In this document: one piece after another, positions 18,723-31,167 of the stretch | Position numbering within the stretch: position 1 is the first letter of the stretch | How the letters are laid out: every line of letters begins with the position of its first letter | Assembly (NCBI GenBank): GCA_030748635.1 | Contig: JASMLP010000049.1 | Coordinates: 285-64,284 of the forward strand | Direction of reading: 5' to 3' | DNA length: 64,000 bases | Source of the DNA: Planctomycetota bacterium | GTDB taxonomy: Bacteria > Planctomycetota > JACQVV01 > JASMLP01 | Program-made: the position numbers and the translations under genes | The notes under the pieces: model-generated | Database searches by the model: none | Seen by the model: only the letters and a program-made list of their open reading frames with translations | Told to the model about the DNA's origin: nothing

Positions 18723-19226
18723 ATGTCTGAAGAGACTGCAACGGCTCCCGCGGAAGCGGACGTCGATGAAAAGGGCAAGGATAAGGTGGAAATCGTCGTG
18801 TCCGACGATGTGAAGAAGGTTCTTGAGTCGGCTGAAAAGCTTTCGGGTGAGGATCGGGGAGTTCTGATTCTCGAGGTCGTCAAGAATTTGACTGCTCTGG
18901 AGCTTTCCGATCTCGTGGATAAATTCCAGGACGTCTTCGGTGTGACTGCGGCTGCTCCGGTTGCTGTCGCGGCCGGTGGTGGTGGTGGGGGCGGCGAGGA
19001 AGCCGCGCCGGCCAAGACCAGCTTTGACGTGATCTTGACCTCTGCGGGTCAGAAAAAGATTCAGGTCATCAAGGCGGTCAAGGAGATCACTGGTAAACCT
19101 CTCAAGGAAGCCAAGGAGCTCGTAGATGGCGCTCCCAAGGCTGTCAAGGAGGGGGTCTCCGAAGCCGATGCCGACAAGTTCAAGGCGGATCTCGAAGCGG
19201 CTGGAGCTTCTGTCGAGATTAAGTAG
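18723..19226 (+). CDS. rplL: 50S ribosomal protein L7/L12 (start uncertain; alternative GTG at 18798)
   Basis: The C-terminal domain [67 protein letters not shown] is canonical bL12. A Gly7 hinge and a ~38-aa acidic N-terminal extension are present if the ATG at 18723 is used. Confidence 0.93.
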   Translation: MSEETATAPAEADVDEKGKDKVEIVVSDDVKKVLESAEKLSGEDRGVLILEVVKNLTALELSDLVDKFQDVFGVTAAAPVAVAAGGGGGGGEEAAPAKTSFDVILTSAGQKKIQVIKAVKEITGKPLKEAKELVDGAPKAVKEGVSEADADKFKADLEAAGASVEIK

Positions 19227-19335
19227 TCAGGGTTCGTTGGTCCGGTAGGAAGTGGTTTTGTGGGCGGGCTTCGGGCTGCCCACCAGGGCCGTCGGGGGGA
19301 GGTGTTCTCTTCGGTGCGGTTCCTGTCTTTCTGTG

Positions 19336-22300
19336 ATGTCCTCGGGAGTGTCTAACGTGGTCGTCAAGTTCGATTCGGTACGACAATACGGTCGGTTTCA
19401 AGGGTTAGCTGCATTTGCCAGCCCCGAACTGGTCAATATTCAGCAACGAAGCTTTGCTAATTTTCTTCAGGCCGATACGCCTTCCATTGCCCGGAAGAAT
19501 CAGGGGCTCGAGGCGATTATCAATGAAATATTTCCCATTGAAAGTTTCGATGAGAAAATGCGTCTGGTGTGTCTTGGGTATGAGTTATCCAAGGCGCGAA
19601 ATGTTCCGGATGAGTGTCGCCAGCTGAAATTGACTTATGGCACCCCGTTCAAGATTCGGGTGCGTCTGGAAAAGGATGAATCGGGTGAGGCCATCGAGGA
19701 AGAGGTCTACCTCGGTGAAATACCGATCATGATCGGTGGCGGTGAATTCATTATCAATGGGGCTGAGCGGGTCATCGTGAGCCAGCTTCATCGCTCTCCA
19801 GGTGTCGATTTCTCCGAGGAGGTTCAGGCGGGTGCCAAGCGGCTTCAGAGTTGCTGGATCATCCCTGAGCGCGGGAGTTGGATCGAGGTCAATGTCACCA
19901 AGAAGGATATGCTCACGGTTCGAATTGACCAGAGTGGGAAGCTTTCCGCGACCTGTCTGCTGCGAGCCATGTCCGAGCAGTATTCCTCGGATGAGGCGAT
20001 CCTCCGTCACTTTTACGAGGTCGAGACCGTCTCTTTGAAGGGGCGGGATCTGCACAAGAAGCTTCTCGGCAGGGTGCCGGTGACGATCGAAGCTGCCGAG
20101 GAAGTTGCTGCGAGCAAATCCACCGCGGCGTCTCGAGCGAAAAAGGCGGCGCGTACCAAGAAGGTTGTCAAAAAGGTGGCCGACGAAGGAGAGGATTTCG
20201 TTCGTGAGGTCATCCTGAAAGACCGTAAGGGTCTGACCGAGGATCAGATCGACGCGCTTGTCGCGGCCGGCGAAAAAAGTATTGAAGTGCTCAAGTATGG
20301 GGTCGAGGACGATCGTCTCGACAAGTTGGTTCTCAACTGTGTTGCGGAAGATCGTGATAAGGGCTATTTCAGTCACGAAGCGGCCCTGCTCGAGATCTAT
20401 AAGCGGTTGCGTCCCGGCAATCCGCCTCAGATCGAGAAGGCCAAGAAGCTTCTGGAGGAAAAGTTCTTCGATCCCAGTCGATACCGTTTGGGCAATGTGG
20501 GGCGCTTCCGTTTGAACCGAAAATTTGGAAATTCGCTTCCCGAAACGAACCAGACCTTGCAGGTGGACGATTACGTCAACGCTCTCGATTATGTGATGCA
20601 AATGCGCAAAGGAGATGGCGAAAAAGACGACATCGACCATTTGGGCAATCGTCGGGTTCGCGCTCTTGCGGAGTTGGCTGGAGATGAATTCCGCAAGGGA
20701 TTTCTCAAGTTAAAGAGGACGATTCAGGAGCGCATGAATCAGGACAGTACTGGCGAGGGAATGACGCCACGGAGTCTTATCAACTCCAAGACGATTTCCT
20801 CTGCGATCGACTATTTTTTCGGTCGTGGGGAGCTGTCGCAGGTTGTGGCTCAGACGAATCCCCTCGACCAGTTGACGCACGAACGGCGCCTGTCCGCGTT
20901 GGGGCCGGGTGGACTCAATCGAAAGCGGGCCGGATTCGAAGTCCGGGACGTTCACACCAGTCATTATGGTCGTATCTGTCCGATCGAAACGCCTGAGGGA
21001 ACGAATATCGGACTTATCGCCAGTCTCGGGATCTATTCCGATCTGGATAGGTACGGATTTTTGACCACACCGTATCGCAAAGTCAAAAACGGCAAATTGA
21101 CCGAGGAGGTCTGTCAATTGCGTGCGGACCAGGAGCATGGGCTTGTTTTTGCGCCGGCGGATACTTCGATCGATGCGAAGGGGAAGATCAGTGGGGATCT
21201 CGTGCAGGCTCGTCAGGATGGCGAATTTATTGTCGTGCCGGTCAAGAAGGTCGATTTCATGGATGTCTCGCCCAAGCAGCTCGTTGGGGTAAGCGCCAGT
21301 CTGATTCCTTTCCTCGAGCACGATGATGCGAACCGAGCGTTGATGGGCTCAAACATGCAGCGGCAGGCTGTTCCTTTGATGATTGCTGAGCAGCCGATTG
21401 TTTCCACCGGGATGGAAGAGGTCGTCGCACGCAGCAGCAGTATGGTGGTCAAGGCCGAGAAGTCGGGTTTGGTTACCCGCGCGACATCCGATGAGATCGT
21501 CATTGACGATGGGGAGCCGTATTCGCTTCGTAAGTTTGTGGGACTCAATGAGCGTACATGTCTGAATCAACGTCCCATTGTCCGCAAGGGTGATCGAGTC
21601 AAGAAGGGGCAGGTCATCGCGGATGGGGCTGGAACCAGGGATGGTAAGTTAGCCCTGGGTCGAAACATCTTGGTCGCGTTTCTCTCCTGGGAGGGGTTCA
21701 ATTTCGAAGATGCGATTGTGGTGAGTGAGGAGTTGGTAAAGATCGACGCCTACACCTCGATTCATATCGACGACTTCGAGGTGGAAATTCGCGAAACCAA
21801 GTTGGGTCGGGAAGAGTTCACACGGGATATTCCCAATGTGAGCGAAAAAATGCTTCGGAACCTTGATGACGAAGGGATTTGCAGAATCGGATGCAAGGTG
21901 CGACCCGACGATATCCTTGTCGGCAAGGTCGCCCCCAAGACCAAAACGGAACTCTCTCCGGAAGAGAAGCTTTTGCACGAGATCTTCGGGCGACACGGCG
22001 AAGATGTGAAAAACGACAGCCTCAAGCTGCCTGCCGGTGCTGAGGGGATCATGATCGGAGCCAAGAAGTTCTCTCGCAAGATCAATATCTCCGATGAGGA
22101 GCGCAAGCAGATCGAGCGGAAAACCAAAGAAGAAGAACAGAGTTTTAGCGAATTCTTTCGGGCGCAGATGAAGGAAATCTTCGATGAGCTTCGTGATGTG
22201 GTCGGCGGAAGTGTTAAGAGCAAGAAGACCGGTCGCGTGCTCAAGTTTGATCCCGCGATGAGCGACGCTGAGTTGAAAACGTTACGAAACGACCTTCACA

Positions 22301-23184
22301 TCGGGACTCTCGATATCGGAGATCGTAAGACGAAAATCGAAGCGGCTCGTCGTCTCAAGCTTATTCACGATCGGATCGATGAGGCCGAAGATCGCAAAAC
22401 CAAGTTTTTAAACAAGTTGCAGCGTGGGGATGAGCTTTCTACGGGTGTGCTTGAAATGGTGAAAGTGTATGTCGCCGCCAAGCGTCGACTTTCGGTCGGG
22501 GACAAGGTCGCGGGGCGCCACGGAAACAAGGGGGTCATCGCCAAGATTCTTCCGATTGAGGATATGCCCTTTCTCGCCGATGGAACTCCGGTTCAGATGC
22601 TTCTCAATCCTCTGGGTGTTCCCAGTCGAATGAATGTGGGGCAGATTCTCGAAACTCACCTTGGATGGGCCGCTGCAACCTCGGGTTTTCAGGCTGTGAC
22701 GCCGGTCTTTGACGGTTGTAAGGAGTCGCAGATCGAAGAAGCCTTGGACGAAGCGGGCTTGCCCACCTCAGGGAAGACTAAGTTGTACGACGGGCGCTCT
22801 GGTGGATCCTTCGAGCAGGAGGTTACTGTTGGGCACCTGTATATGCTGAAATTGCATCACCTCGTTGATGACAAGATTCACGCGCGAGCCACAGGTCCGT
22901 ACTCCTTGATTACTCAGCAACCGCTGGGTGGTAAGGCGAGATTCGGTGGCCAGCGATTCGGGGAGATGGAGGTGTGGGCTCTGGAAGCTTATGGGGCCGC
23001 GCACATCTTGCAGGAGCTGCTCACAGTCAAAAGTGATGATGTGGAAGGTAGGACCAAGATTTATGAGGCGATGGTCAAGGGAGAGAATACTCTTGTGGCC
23101 GGAACGCCGGTAAGTTTCGAGGTCCTCGTCAATGAGATCAAGGGATTGGCCCTCGATCTGCAACTGAAGAAAAAGCTGGTCTGA
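19336..23184 (+). CDS. rpoB: DNA-directed RNA polymerase subunit beta
   Basis: The track ORF starts at GTG 19252. I prefer the in-frame ATG at 19336 ([21 protein letters not shown]...). Canonical beta motifs are present ([46 protein letters not shown]). Confidence 0.97.
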   Translation: MSSGVSNVVVKFDSVRQYGRFQGLAAFASPELVNIQQRSFANFLQADTPSIARKNQGLEAIINEIFPIESFDEKMRLVCLGYELSKARNVPDECRQLKLTYGTPFKIRVRLEKDESGEAIEEEVYLGEIPIMIGGGEFIINGAERVIVSQLHRSPGVDFSEEVQAGAKRLQSCWIIPERGSWIEVNVTKKDMLTVRIDQSGKLSATCLLRAMSEQYSSDEAILRHFYEVETVSLKGRDLHKKLLGRVPVTIEAAEEVAASKSTAASRAKKAARTKKVVKKVADEGEDFVREVILKDRKGLTEDQIDALVAAGEKSIEVLKYGVEDDRLDKLVLNCVAEDRDKGYFSHEAALLEIYKRLRPGNPPQIEKAKKLLEEKFFDPSRYRLGNVGRFRLNRKFGNSLPETNQTLQVDDYVNALDYVMQMRKGDGEKDDIDHLGNRRVRALAELAGDEFRKGFLKLKRTIQERMNQDSTGEGMTPRSLINSKTISSAIDYFFGRGELSQVVAQTNPLDQLTHERRLSALGPGGLNRKRAGFEVRDVHTSHYGRICPIETPEGTNIGLIASLGIYSDLDRYGFLTTPYRKVKNGKLTEEVCQLRADQEHGLVFAPADTSIDAKGKISGDLVQARQDGEFIVVPVKKVDFMDVSPKQLVGVSASLIPFLEHDDANRALMGSNMQRQAVPLMIAEQPIVSTGMEEVVARSSSMVVKAEKSGLVTRATSDEIVIDDGEPYSLRKFVGLNERTCLNQRPIVRKGDRVKKGQVIADGAGTRDGKLALGRNILVAFLSWEGFNFEDAIVVSEELVKIDAYTSIHIDDFEVEIRETKLGREEFTRDIPNVSEKMLRNLDDEGICRIGCKVRPDDILVGKVAPKTKTELSPEEKLLHEIFGRHGEDVKNDSLKLPAGAEGIMIGAKKFSRKINISDEERKQIERKTKEEEQSFSEFFRAQMKEIFDELRDVVGGSVKSKKTGRVLKFDPAMSDAELKTLRNDLHIGTLDIGDRKTKIEAARRLKLIHDRIDEAEDRKTKFLNKLQRGDELSTGVLEMVKVYVAAKRRLSVGDKVAGRHGNKGVIAKILPIEDMPFLADGTPVQMLLNPLGVPSRMNVGQILETHLGWAAATSGFQAVTPVFDGCKESQIEEALDEAGLPTSGKTKLYDGRSGGSFEQEVTVGHLYMLKLHHLVDDKIHARATGPYSLITQQPLGGKARFGGQRFGEMEVWALEAYGAAHILQELLTVKSDDVEGRTKIYEAMVKGENTLVAGTPVSFEVLVNEIKGLALDLQLKKKLV

Positions 23185-23218
23185 TGGATACCAGGTTTAT
23201 TCGAACCATCTGGAGGGG

Positions 23219-26200
23219 TTGAGTCACGTGGAATCGTTCTACGACAAGATCAACGATTACGGCTCGGTAATGATTAAGCTGGCATCTCCGGAAGATATCC
23301 GGAGTTGGAGTTACGGCGAGGTCAAGAAACCCGAGACCATCAATTACCGTACGTACCGCAGTGAAAAAGACGGTCTGTTCTGTGAGCGGATCTTCGGTCC
23401 TGAGCGGGACTGGGAATGTAGTTGCGGAAAATACAAGGGCAGCAAGCACAAGGGGATCATCTGCGATCGCTGTGGCGTCAAGGTGACCCACAGTCGTGTG
23501 CGGCGCAAAAGGATGGGGCACATCAACCTGGCCAGTCCTGTAGCCCACATCTGGTTTTTCAAGGCGATGCCTTCGCGCCTGGGGAATCTCCTGGCCATGA
23601 AAACCAGTTCGCTGGAGCGGGTGATCTATTTCCAGGATTATGTGGTTATCGATCCCGGGGATACTCCTTTGCAAGAAAAGCAGCTGCTTACCGTGGATGA
23701 GCATCGTGAGGCGGTTGCGGAATACGGTCGACGTTTCGAGGCGGGGATGGGAGCTGAGGCGATCAAGTCCATTCTTCATCGGATGGACCTGGAGCAGGTT
23801 TCCGACGACCTCCGGCGAGACCTTCGTGAAACCGGCAGCAAGCAAAAAATCAAAGAATTGACTCGACGTCTCGCCACTGTGGAGATGATTCGGGACAGCA
23901 GCAATAAGCCGGAATGGATGATTCTCGAGGCGATTCCGGTCATTCCTCCGGATCTGCGTCCTCTCGTTCTTCTCGATTCGGGTAACTTCGCGACTAGCGA
24001 TCTCAACGATCTTTACCGCCGACTCATCAACCGAAACAACCGTCTTCGTAAGCTCTTCGATCTGAATGCTCCCGATGTGATCATTCGGAACGAAAAGCGG
24101 ATGTTGCAGCAAGCTGTCGATGCGCTCTTCGACAACAGTCGTTGCCGTCGATCGGTTCTGGGTAGCTCCAATCGTCCCCTGAAAAGTCTGACCGACATGA
24201 TCAAGGGAAAGCAGGGGCGCTTTCGTGAAAACCTCCTGGGCAAACGGGTCGACTACTCGGCTCGCTCTGTCATTGTGGTGGGACCTGAGCTCAAGCTTCA
24301 TCAGTGTGGTCTCCCGAAGAAAATCGCTCTCGAACTGTTTCAGCCTTTTATTATCCGGCGCCTGAAGGACCTCGGGCATGCGGATACGATCAAAAGCGCT
24401 AAAAGGATGCTCGAGCGCAAGGACGAGGAAGTTTGGGATATCCTGGAGGAAGTTATCCAGGGACACCCGGTTCTCCTCAACCGCGCACCGACTCTTCACC
24501 GCATGGGGATTCAGGCCTTCGAGCCGGTTTTGATCGAGGGCAATGCGATCAAGATTCACCCGATGGTTTGCTCCGGATTCAACGCTGACTTTGACGGGGA
24601 CCAGATGGCGGTTCACCTGCCCCTCTCAGTCGAAGCTCAGGTTGAAGCCTCGACGCTGGTGGGTTCGGTACACAATATTTTCAGTCCGCAATCCGGCCGT
24701 CCGATAATCGCTCCGACTCAAGATATCGTTTTGGGGATCTACAACCTGACCGCCGAGAGGGCCGGAGCCGAAGGCGAAGGAAAGATTTTTACCTCGGAGC
24801 AAGAGGTTATCCTGGCCTACAGTCACGGTTTGATCGAGACTCACGCCATGATCTATGTCCGGATGCCCGGCGACCGTAAGGTTGTGGGGGCTGATCGGAA
24901 GGATCTGGTTCTCGGCCGACTCGAACAGGACGACGAGGGGGGTTTGTTCTTCGTTATGGACGAAGAGAATCCCGGGAATATGCTCGAAACAACGGTCGGG
25001 CGAGTGATCTTCAACGATATTCTTCCTGGAGGGATGCCCTTCTATAACTATGTTGTTACCAAGGGTGGCAGCAATGATATCGTTCACGACTGCCATCGGT
25101 ATCTCGGTCGGCAGGCAACTCTGAAGTTTCTCGATGACCTGAAATCTCTCGGATTCAAGGCCGCGACTCGGGCCGGCTTCAGCTTTGGTAAGAATGACCT
25201 GAAGATGCCCAAGAGGAAGCAAGAGATTCTCAAGGACACCCAGAAGCGGGTGGACAAGGCCGAAACAAACTTTCGACGCGGATTGATCACTCCGAACGAA
25301 CGTTATCACCAGATCGTCGAGGAATGGACTCACGCTCGGGAAACGATCGGTAAAGAGATGATGGATGAACTCAAAAACGATATGCGCCCGGATCCGAAAT
25401 CTGGGGAGTTGCGTCCATACCTCAATCCGATTTACGCCATGGCCGACAGTGGGGCTCGTGGATCGATCGACCAGATCCGGCAGCTTGCGGGTATGCGTGG
25501 GCTCATGGCCAAGCCGAGCGGCAAGATCATCGAGACACCCATCAAGGCGAACTTCCGGGAAGGTCTGCGGGTCCTCGAGTATTTCAGTTCGACTCACGGT
25601 GCTCGCAAAGGTCTCGCGGATACGGCCCTCAAGACAGCTGACTCCGGTTACTTGACCAGAAAGCTGGCCGATGTGGCTCAGAATGTCGTCGTCACCCAGC
25701 ACGATTGCGGAACGGCTTTGGGGATTTCCAAGAGCGCTATTCGCAAAGGAGATCGAACCGAGGTCAGCCTCGCTCTGAATCTCGGTGGACGAGTCTCTTG
25801 CTCTCAGATCAAAGACCCTCGGACCCAGGAGATAATTGTTCGCAAATCTCAATTGATCGATCATGCCAAAGCGGAAGCGATCGAAGCCACCGGTTTTGAC
25901 AAGATCATGGTCCGGAGTCCTCTTACTTGTGAGAGTCCACTCGGAGTCTGTGCCATGTGCTACGGCACGGATCTTTCGACGGGTCGCCAGGTGGAGGAAG
26001 GTCTTGCGGTGGGAATCATCGCGGCGCAGTCGATCGGTGAGCCGGGAACCCAGTTGACCATGCGTACCTTTCACATCGGGGGTATTGCGCACCAGGCATT
26101 CCAGGAAAAGGAAAAGAATTTCCGGCCCGGAGTCAAGAAAACGAAACAGAAGTTGGTCCAGGGTGAGATCGCTTTCGATAATCTCACTACGGTCGAAACA

Positions 26201-27508
26201 TTGGTTCAGGACCCGGGAGTCACCAAGGCTCGAAGCAAGGGTGGAACGCGTTCGAAGGAAATGCAAACCATCGTTCTTAATCGGAACGGTCGGATGACGG
26301 TTCAGTTCACCGATCCCGAAGACAAGGTTCGGGTGCTGGAAGAGACCTATGAAATCCCGATTGGGTCCCGGATTTTTGTCGAGGATGGCGAAACCATCGG
26401 TTTTGGCACCAAGCTGGCCGAATGGGATCCTCACTACAATCCGATTCTGGCCGAAGTAAAGGGTATTGTCCGGTACGAAGAGATCGATCTCAATGTGACG
26501 ATGAAGGAAGAGATCGACCCCAAGACCAAGGTCAAGCGTCGAGTCATCATCGAACACAAGGGAGAGAAGCATCCTCAGATCAAAATCGAAGATCGTTCGG
26601 GTAACGTACTCGCGCTCTCTGCGATTCCGGAAAAGGCTTATGTGGATGTGGAGGACGGCCAGCGTGTCAATGTCGGTGATGTCCTCGCCAAAACTCCACG
26701 TGAGATCAGCGGTACTCAGGACATTACGGGTGGTTTGCCTCGGGTCACCGAGATTTTCGAAGCTCGTCGTCCGAAGAGTCCTTCGATCATTTCTGAGATC
26801 GAAGGGGTTGTTGAGCTCGGGAAGAAGCGGCGGGGCAAGCGAACGATCTATGTTCGTGGATACGACGACCAGGTCCGAGAGCACCTGATCCCTCAGAATA
26901 AACACCCCAAGGTGCATACCGGTGACCGGGTGCGCGTGGGTGAACCGCTGGTCGACGGTTCTCTCGTTCCGCACGACATCTTGCAGTGGTGCGGTGAGGA
27001 AGAACTCTACCAGTATCTCTTGCAAGAGGTTCAGAACGTCTATCGGTCCCAGAATGTGCGTATCGACGATAAACATATCGAGATCATCGTTTCTCAGATG
27101 TTGAGGAAAGTGAAAGTCGTCGATCCGGGTGATACGGTTTTGTTGCCCGGCGCGGTGGTCGATAAATTCAAGTTGCGTGCGCGAAATAGCGAGGTTCGTA
27201 AGAAGGGTGGGAAGCCGGCCCAGTTCGAGTCGCTCCTCATGGGGGTTACCAAGGCCAGCTTGCAGTCCGAATCTTTTATCAGCGCCGCCAGTTTTCAGGA
27301 AACGACGAAAGTACTCACCGAAGCGGCCCTGGGTGGCAAGGTGGATCAGTTGCTGGGGTTGAAGGAAAATGTCATCCTGGGCCACATGATCCCTGCCGGA
27401 ACCGGCTTCAGGGGAACTTACGAGATGGGAATCAAAAAAGATATTCCGCCCGGCTGGGGAGAGGATGACCTCGGATCCGGTTTTGGCGGTGACGATAGCG
27501 AGGAGTAA
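23219..27508 (+). CDS. rpoC: DNA-directed RNA polymerase subunit beta-prime (start may be GTG 23228)
   Basis: [25 protein letters not shown], a Zn-finger CSCGKYKG...CDRCGV and the catalytic [19 protein letters not shown] lies 9 nt before GTG 23228. Confidence 0.98.
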   Translation: MSHVESFYDKINDYGSVMIKLASPEDIRSWSYGEVKKPETINYRTYRSEKDGLFCERIFGPERDWECSCGKYKGSKHKGIICDRCGVKVTHSRVRRKRMGHINLASPVAHIWFFKAMPSRLGNLLAMKTSSLERVIYFQDYVVIDPGDTPLQEKQLLTVDEHREAVAEYGRRFEAGMGAEAIKSILHRMDLEQVSDDLRRDLRETGSKQKIKELTRRLATVEMIRDSSNKPEWMILEAIPVIPPDLRPLVLLDSGNFATSDLNDLYRRLINRNNRLRKLFDLNAPDVIIRNEKRMLQQAVDALFDNSRCRRSVLGSSNRPLKSLTDMIKGKQGRFRENLLGKRVDYSARSVIVVGPELKLHQCGLPKKIALELFQPFIIRRLKDLGHADTIKSAKRMLERKDEEVWDILEEVIQGHPVLLNRAPTLHRMGIQAFEPVLIEGNAIKIHPMVCSGFNADFDGDQMAVHLPLSVEAQVEASTLVGSVHNIFSPQSGRPIIAPTQDIVLGIYNLTAERAGAEGEGKIFTSEQEVILAYSHGLIETHAMIYVRMPGDRKVVGADRKDLVLGRLEQDDEGGLFFVMDEENPGNMLETTVGRVIFNDILPGGMPFYNYVVTKGGSNDIVHDCHRYLGRQATLKFLDDLKSLGFKAATRAGFSFGKNDLKMPKRKQEILKDTQKRVDKAETNFRRGLITPNERYHQIVEEWTHARETIGKEMMDELKNDMRPDPKSGELRPYLNPIYAMADSGARGSIDQIRQLAGMRGLMAKPSGKIIETPIKANFREGLRVLEYFSSTHGARKGLADTALKTADSGYLTRKLADVAQNVVVTQHDCGTALGISKSAIRKGDRTEVSLALNLGGRVSCSQIKDPRTQEIIVRKSQLIDHAKAEAIEATGFDKIMVRSPLTCESPLGVCAMCYGTDLSTGRQVEEGLAVGIIAAQSIGEPGTQLTMRTFHIGGIAHQAFQEKEKNFRPGVKKTKQKLVQGEIAFDNLTTVETLVQDPGVTKARSKGGTRSKEMQTIVLNRNGRMTVQFTDPEDKVRVLEETYEIPIGSRIFVEDGETIGFGTKLAEWDPHYNPILAEVKGIVRYEEIDLNVTMKEEIDPKTKVKRRVIIEHKGEKHPQIKIEDRSGNVLALSAIPEKAYVDVEDGQRVNVGDVLAKTPREISGTQDITGGLPRVTEIFEARRPKSPSIISEIEGVVELGKKRRGKRTIYVRGYDDQVREHLIPQNKHPKVHTGDRVRVGEPLVDGSLVPHDILQWCGEEELYQYLLQEVQNVYRSQNVRIDDKHIEIIVSQMLRKVKVVDPGDTVLLPGAVVDKFKLRARNSEVRKKGGKPAQFESLLMGVTKASLQSESFISAASFQETTKVLTEAALGGKVDQLLGLKENVILGHMIPAGTGFRGTYEMGIKKDIPPGWGEDDLGSGFGGDDSEE

Positions 27509-27514
27509 GGAAAT

Positions 27515-27886
27515 ATGCCGACAATCAATCAGTTGGTGCGTAAGGGTCGTAAGGCCGTTCGTAAGAAAACAAAAACACCGGTTCTCGATGGATGCCCGCA
27601 AAAGCATGGCGTCTGCTTGCAGGTCAAGACAACGACCCCCAAGAAGCCGAACTCGGCTTTGCGGAAGATCGCTCGTGTTCGCCTGTCCAACAGCAAGGAG
27701 ATCACGGCCTACATCCCTGGTGAAGGACACAATCTTCAGGAGCACTCGATTGTTCTCGTTCGCGGTGGACGGGTTCGAGATCTTCCTGGAGTTCGGTATA
27801 CAATTATTCGGGGAACACTCGACGCGAGTGAGGTCTCGGATCGGCGGCAAGGACGTTCGAAGTATGGAACTAAGAAGCCGAAGTAA
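27515..27886 (+). CDS. rpsL: 30S ribosomal protein S12
   Basis: [13 protein letters not shown]...[10 protein letters not shown] is canonical uS12. Confidence 0.99.
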   Translation: MPTINQLVRKGRKAVRKKTKTPVLDGCPQKHGVCLQVKTTTPKKPNSALRKIARVRLSNSKEITAYIPGEGHNLQEHSIVLVRGGRVRDLPGVRYTIIRGTLDASEVSDRRQGRSKYGTKKPK

Positions 27887-27900
27887 TTTCGGAGGATATT

Positions 27901-28368
27901 GTGGGTAGAAAATTTAAAGAACATCCCGTCAAACCTGATTCGCGTTACAATTCGCGACTCGTGTCACTGTTCATCAACTACTTGATGCTTGATGGGAAAA
28001 AATCGATCAGCGAGAAAAACTTTTACAAGGCCATGGACCTCCTGGCAAAGCGACATCCAGATGTCGAGCCGATCGAGGTGTTCCAGGAGGCGATTGAAAA
28101 TGTTCGCCCTCATATTGAGGTTCGTTCACGCCGAGTGGGTGGTGCAAACTATCAAGTGCCGACAGAAATCGATCGCAAGCGCTCGACTCAACTCGCTCTG
28201 AGGTGGATTCGGGATCACTCCCGTGCTCGCAAGGGAAAGCCGATGAGTCAGCGTCTTGCCGAAGAGCTTAACGACGCATACAAGCGCCAGGGTGGGGCAT
28301 ACCACAAGCGGGAGCAAGTGCACCGGATGGCCGAAGCCAACCGCGCATTTGCCCATTTCGCCTGGTAG
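27901..28368 (+). CDS. rpsG: 30S ribosomal protein S7 (GTG start)
   Basis: LMLDGKKSISEKNFYKAM...GGANYQVPTEI is canonical uS7. Confidence 0.97.
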   Translation: MGRKFKEHPVKPDSRYNSRLVSLFINYLMLDGKKSISEKNFYKAMDLLAKRHPDVEPIEVFQEAIENVRPHIEVRSRRVGGANYQVPTEIDRKRSTQLALRWIRDHSRARKGKPMSQRLAEELNDAYKRQGGAYHKREQVHRMAEANRAFAHFAW

Positions 28369-28385
28369 ATTTACCGACGAACTCG

Positions 28386-28423
28386 AGACGGTCGTACTTG
28401 GTAGAGTGCGACCGTCTTTTTTC
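28386..28423 (+). terminator. Intrinsic terminator/attenuator between rpsG and fusA
   Basis: An agacggtcg...cgaccgtct stem (9 bp) is followed by tttttt. It lies 18 nt after the rpsG stop and 27 nt before the fusA start. Confidence 0.6.
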
Positions 28424-28449
28424 TATTTAACCGTTGTGGGTGAGATCTG

Positions 28450-30519
28450 ATGTCCAGCAAGGCGATGAAACTTCTCGAGAAAACACGCAATATCGGGATC
28501 GTTGCTCACATCGATGCGGGAAAAACCACGACATCGGAGCGCATTCTTTTTTATTGTGGTCGTGAGCATCGCATGGGCGAGGTGCACGAAGGCACCGCCA
28601 AGATGGACTGGATGGAGGAGGAGCAGGAGCGTGGAATCACCATTACCAGCGCGGTGACCACCCTGTCCTGGAAGGGGAGTCGGATCAATTTGATCGACAC
28701 CCCAGGTCATGTCGACTTTACGGCGGAAGTCGAGCGGAGTTTGAGAGTGCTCGACGGAGCTGTTGGGGTTTTTTGTGGAGTCGGTGGAGTCGAGGCTCAG
28801 TCTGAGACTGTGTGGCATCAGGCCGATCGTTATCGGGTTCCTCGAATCGCCTTTGTCAATAAACTCGACCGTTTGGCAGCGGACTTTGATCAGGTTGTCG
28901 AGTCGATTCGAGAACGACTCGATGCGGATCCGATTCCGATTCAGATACCGATCGGTCGCGAATCGGATTTCGTAGGAGTGGTCGATCTGGTCGAGATGAA
29001 AGCTCTTCGATTCGATGAAGAGTCGTTGGGTAAAAAGATTTTGATCGAAGAGGTTTCGGGTGAGTTGCGAGATGCTGCGCAAGAGGCCCGTGAATCTTTG
29101 ATCGATGTTGCTTCCCGGTACGATGAACGAATCATCGAACAGTTTGCCAACGGAGAGACGATCGATTCGGACTTGATCAAGAGTGCGATTCGGGAGGGAA
29201 CCTTGGCTGGAGAAATCACCCCGGTTCTCGCGGGGAGTTCGCTGCGAAATAAGGGAGTGCAACCGCTGCTGGACGCTATTTGTGACTACCTGCCCTCTCC
29301 GCTCGAAGTTCCGCCGATCAAAGGGATTCATCCCAGCACCGAAGAGGAGGTTTTGTGTCCTCCCGATCCAGACTCTTCGGTGGTTGCCCTGGCATTCAAA
29401 ACTTTCGCGACCCGGCACCGAGATCTCACCTATGTCCGGATCTATTCCGGAACGGTTCGCGAGGGCGATCGGTTGACCAACACATCCAATGATCGGGTGG
29501 AGCGGGTGGGGCAGATCCTGCGTATGCATGCCAGCGAAACGGAAAGGGTTCATGAGGCTCACGCGGGTGATTTGGTGGCCCTTGTCGGGTTCAAGCAAAC
29601 ATCCACGGGGGATACTTTGTCGGCACGAGATGAGTTGGTGCGTCTGGAGGCGTTGCGATTTCCGGAGACCGTGATCACTCTTTCGATCGAGCCTCGTTCT
29701 GCCGGAGATCGCGATCGTCTAGAAAATACATTGAAGAGGATGGCCCGCGAAGACCCGACCTTTGTGGTTCGAATTGATGAAGAAACCGGTGAAATTCTTG
29801 TTAGCGGTATGGGGGAGTTGCATCTCGAAGTCAAAACCCACCAGCTCATCAATGAGTACAAGGTCGAAGCTCGGGTAGGTCGTCCACGAGTGAGTTACTG
29901 GGAAACCATTTCGAGTGAGGGGCAGGGAGCCGGATCCTTTGACCGCAACCTTGGAGGCAGAAACCATTTCGCTCAAGTTGCAGTCAAGATCTTGCCCAAC
30001 GCCGACTCAGGGGTCTCATTTCACGATCAAACCCTTCCTGGAACCGTGCCGGACGAATTCGGTTCTGCCCTGCGCGACTCCGCAATCGCGGCGGCGGAAA
30101 GCGGTCCTCTCGGGGGCTACCCGATGCGAGGAGTCGGGATCGAATTGGTAGATGCCAAGGCGCATGAGACGGATTCGTCCGAAATGGCTTTTGCCGCTGC
30201 GGCCGCCTCGGCGGTGGATCGGGCTCTGGGGGAGGCGGTGCCGATATTGCTCGAACCTATTATGCGCCTTGAGGTTCGGGTGCCGACCGACTATCTCGGG
30301 GATGTGATCCGGGATCTCGGGGGCAGGCGCGCTGAAGTGTCTTCCATTGGTCATTCGGGTGACATTCAGGTGGTTTCTGGCATGGTCCCGCTGGCGGAAA
30401 TGGTCGGTTATTCGACCACCGTGCGGTCTTTATCGCAGGGGCGAGCGAGTTTTAGCCTCGAACCGCACGATTATGGGCCGGTTCCCTCCGAACTCCAGGC
30501 CAAAATTCTCGGTTTTTGA
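28450..30519 (+). CDS. fusA: Elongation factor G
   Basis: 689 aa with [30 protein letters not shown] and NKLDR, giving the EF-G domain order. Confidence 0.97.
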   Translation: MSSKAMKLLEKTRNIGIVAHIDAGKTTTSERILFYCGREHRMGEVHEGTAKMDWMEEEQERGITITSAVTTLSWKGSRINLIDTPGHVDFTAEVERSLRVLDGAVGVFCGVGGVEAQSETVWHQADRYRVPRIAFVNKLDRLAADFDQVVESIRERLDADPIPIQIPIGRESDFVGVVDLVEMKALRFDEESLGKKILIEEVSGELRDAAQEARESLIDVASRYDERIIEQFANGETIDSDLIKSAIREGTLAGEITPVLAGSSLRNKGVQPLLDAICDYLPSPLEVPPIKGIHPSTEEEVLCPPDPDSSVVALAFKTFATRHRDLTYVRIYSGTVREGDRLTNTSNDRVERVGQILRMHASETERVHEAHAGDLVALVGFKQTSTGDTLSARDELVRLEALRFPETVITLSIEPRSAGDRDRLENTLKRMAREDPTFVVRIDEETGEILVSGMGELHLEVKTHQLINEYKVEARVGRPRVSYWETISSEGQGAGSFDRNLGGRNHFAQVAVKILPNADSGVSFHDQTLPGTVPDEFGSALRDSAIAAAESGPLGGYPMRGVGIELVDAKAHETDSSEMAFAAAAASAVDRALGEAVPILLEPIMRLEVRVPTDYLGDVIRDLGGRRAEVSSIGHSGDIQVVSGMVPLAEMVGYSTTVRSLSQGRASFSLEPHDYGPVPSELQAKILGF

Positions 30520-30615
30520 GTTCGCTAAGCTCAATTATTGCAAATCGAGTGCCGGGAATTTGCAGACCTTTCTAAGCCCTGTATTTCCCGTGAAGTAAAA
30601 AAAATCTTTGCACTC

Positions 30616-30644
30616 TTGACACTCCCGATTGGCCTCCGTATATT
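30616..30644 (+). promoter_or_regulatory. Candidate sigma70-type promoter of the S10 operon
   Basis: TTGACA (30616-30621), a 17-nt spacer, then TATATT (30639-30644). This predicts a ~150-nt leader before rpsJ. Confidence 0.55.
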
Positions 30645-30802
30645 CCCCAGTTCCCACGTCCACCCAGCAAGTTAGAAAACCTGTCCGGCGTGTGATTTAC
30701 GGCTCCTTGGGGCTTTTCCAGGAGGTTTGATGCCTCCTACGCTCTGGTGGTAGCAGATCACAGGTTGGGGGAATGTCTTGTTTGTGGAGAGAGCTATAAA
30801 AG

Positions 30803-31114
30803 ATGAAACACAACGATAGTATTCGGATTCGTATGGAGGCTTACGACCACGAGATTCTCGATCGGTCTGCTAGCGACATTGTGGAAACAGCCAAGCGTAC
30901 CTTGGCTAGGGTCTCGGGGCCGATTCCCCTTCCGACCCGGACGGAGAGATACACGGTGCTTCGTGGTCCGCACATCGATAAGAAAAGCCGTGAACAGTTT
31001 GAAATACGAACCCACAAGCGAGTCATTTACATCTCGAAGCCGACGGCAAAGACGGTCGACGCTCTCAGTAAGTTGAATGTCCCGGCGGGTGTTCATATTC
31101 GGATCAAGGCCTGA
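30803..31114 (+). CDS. rpsJ: 30S ribosomal protein S10
   Basis: [27 protein letters not shown]...[26 protein letters not shown] is canonical uS10. Confidence 0.98.
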   Translation: MKHNDSIRIRMEAYDHEILDRSASDIVETAKRTLARVSGPIPLPTRTERYTVLRGPHIDKKSREQFEIRTHKRVIYISKPTAKTVDALSKLNVPAGVHIRIKA

Positions 31115-31167
31115 CCGTTTTTAAAGCAAGATGTTGATGTCAACGAGAGAGTTAAGAGCAACCTAAG

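Noticed and set aside
19260-19283. GC-rich hairpin (gtgggc...gcccac) between rplL and rpoB, considered as the classical rplL-rpoB attenuator.
   Set aside because: The stem is only ~6 bp and no T-tract follows. I cannot call a terminator from sequence alone. It may still be a processing site.
24626-27850. 1074-aa ORF on the minus strand, antisense to rpoC. Similar antisense ORFs lie at 23138..24616, 19585..20640, 14067..15377 (tuf), 16138..18015 (nusG-rplK-rplA), 28423..29598 (fusA) and 33662..34984 (rpsS-rplV-rpsC).
   Set aside because: Each lies exactly opposite an unmistakable, highly conserved gene. The translations are low-complexity (Arg/Leu/Ser/Pro/Asp-rich) with no motifs. Open antisense frames are expected when highly expressed genes avoid TTA, CTA and TCA codons. 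These are shadow ORFs, not genes.
28423-28435. The 13-mer ctatttaaccgtt upstream of fusA is repeated upstream of rpsB (50413-50425). I considered it as a shared regulatory box.
   Set aside because: In 64 kb the number of position pairs (~2e9) times 4^-13 gives on the order of tens of chance 13-mer repeats. The distances to the start codons also differ (~15 nt versus ~90 nt). There is no support beyond coincidence.
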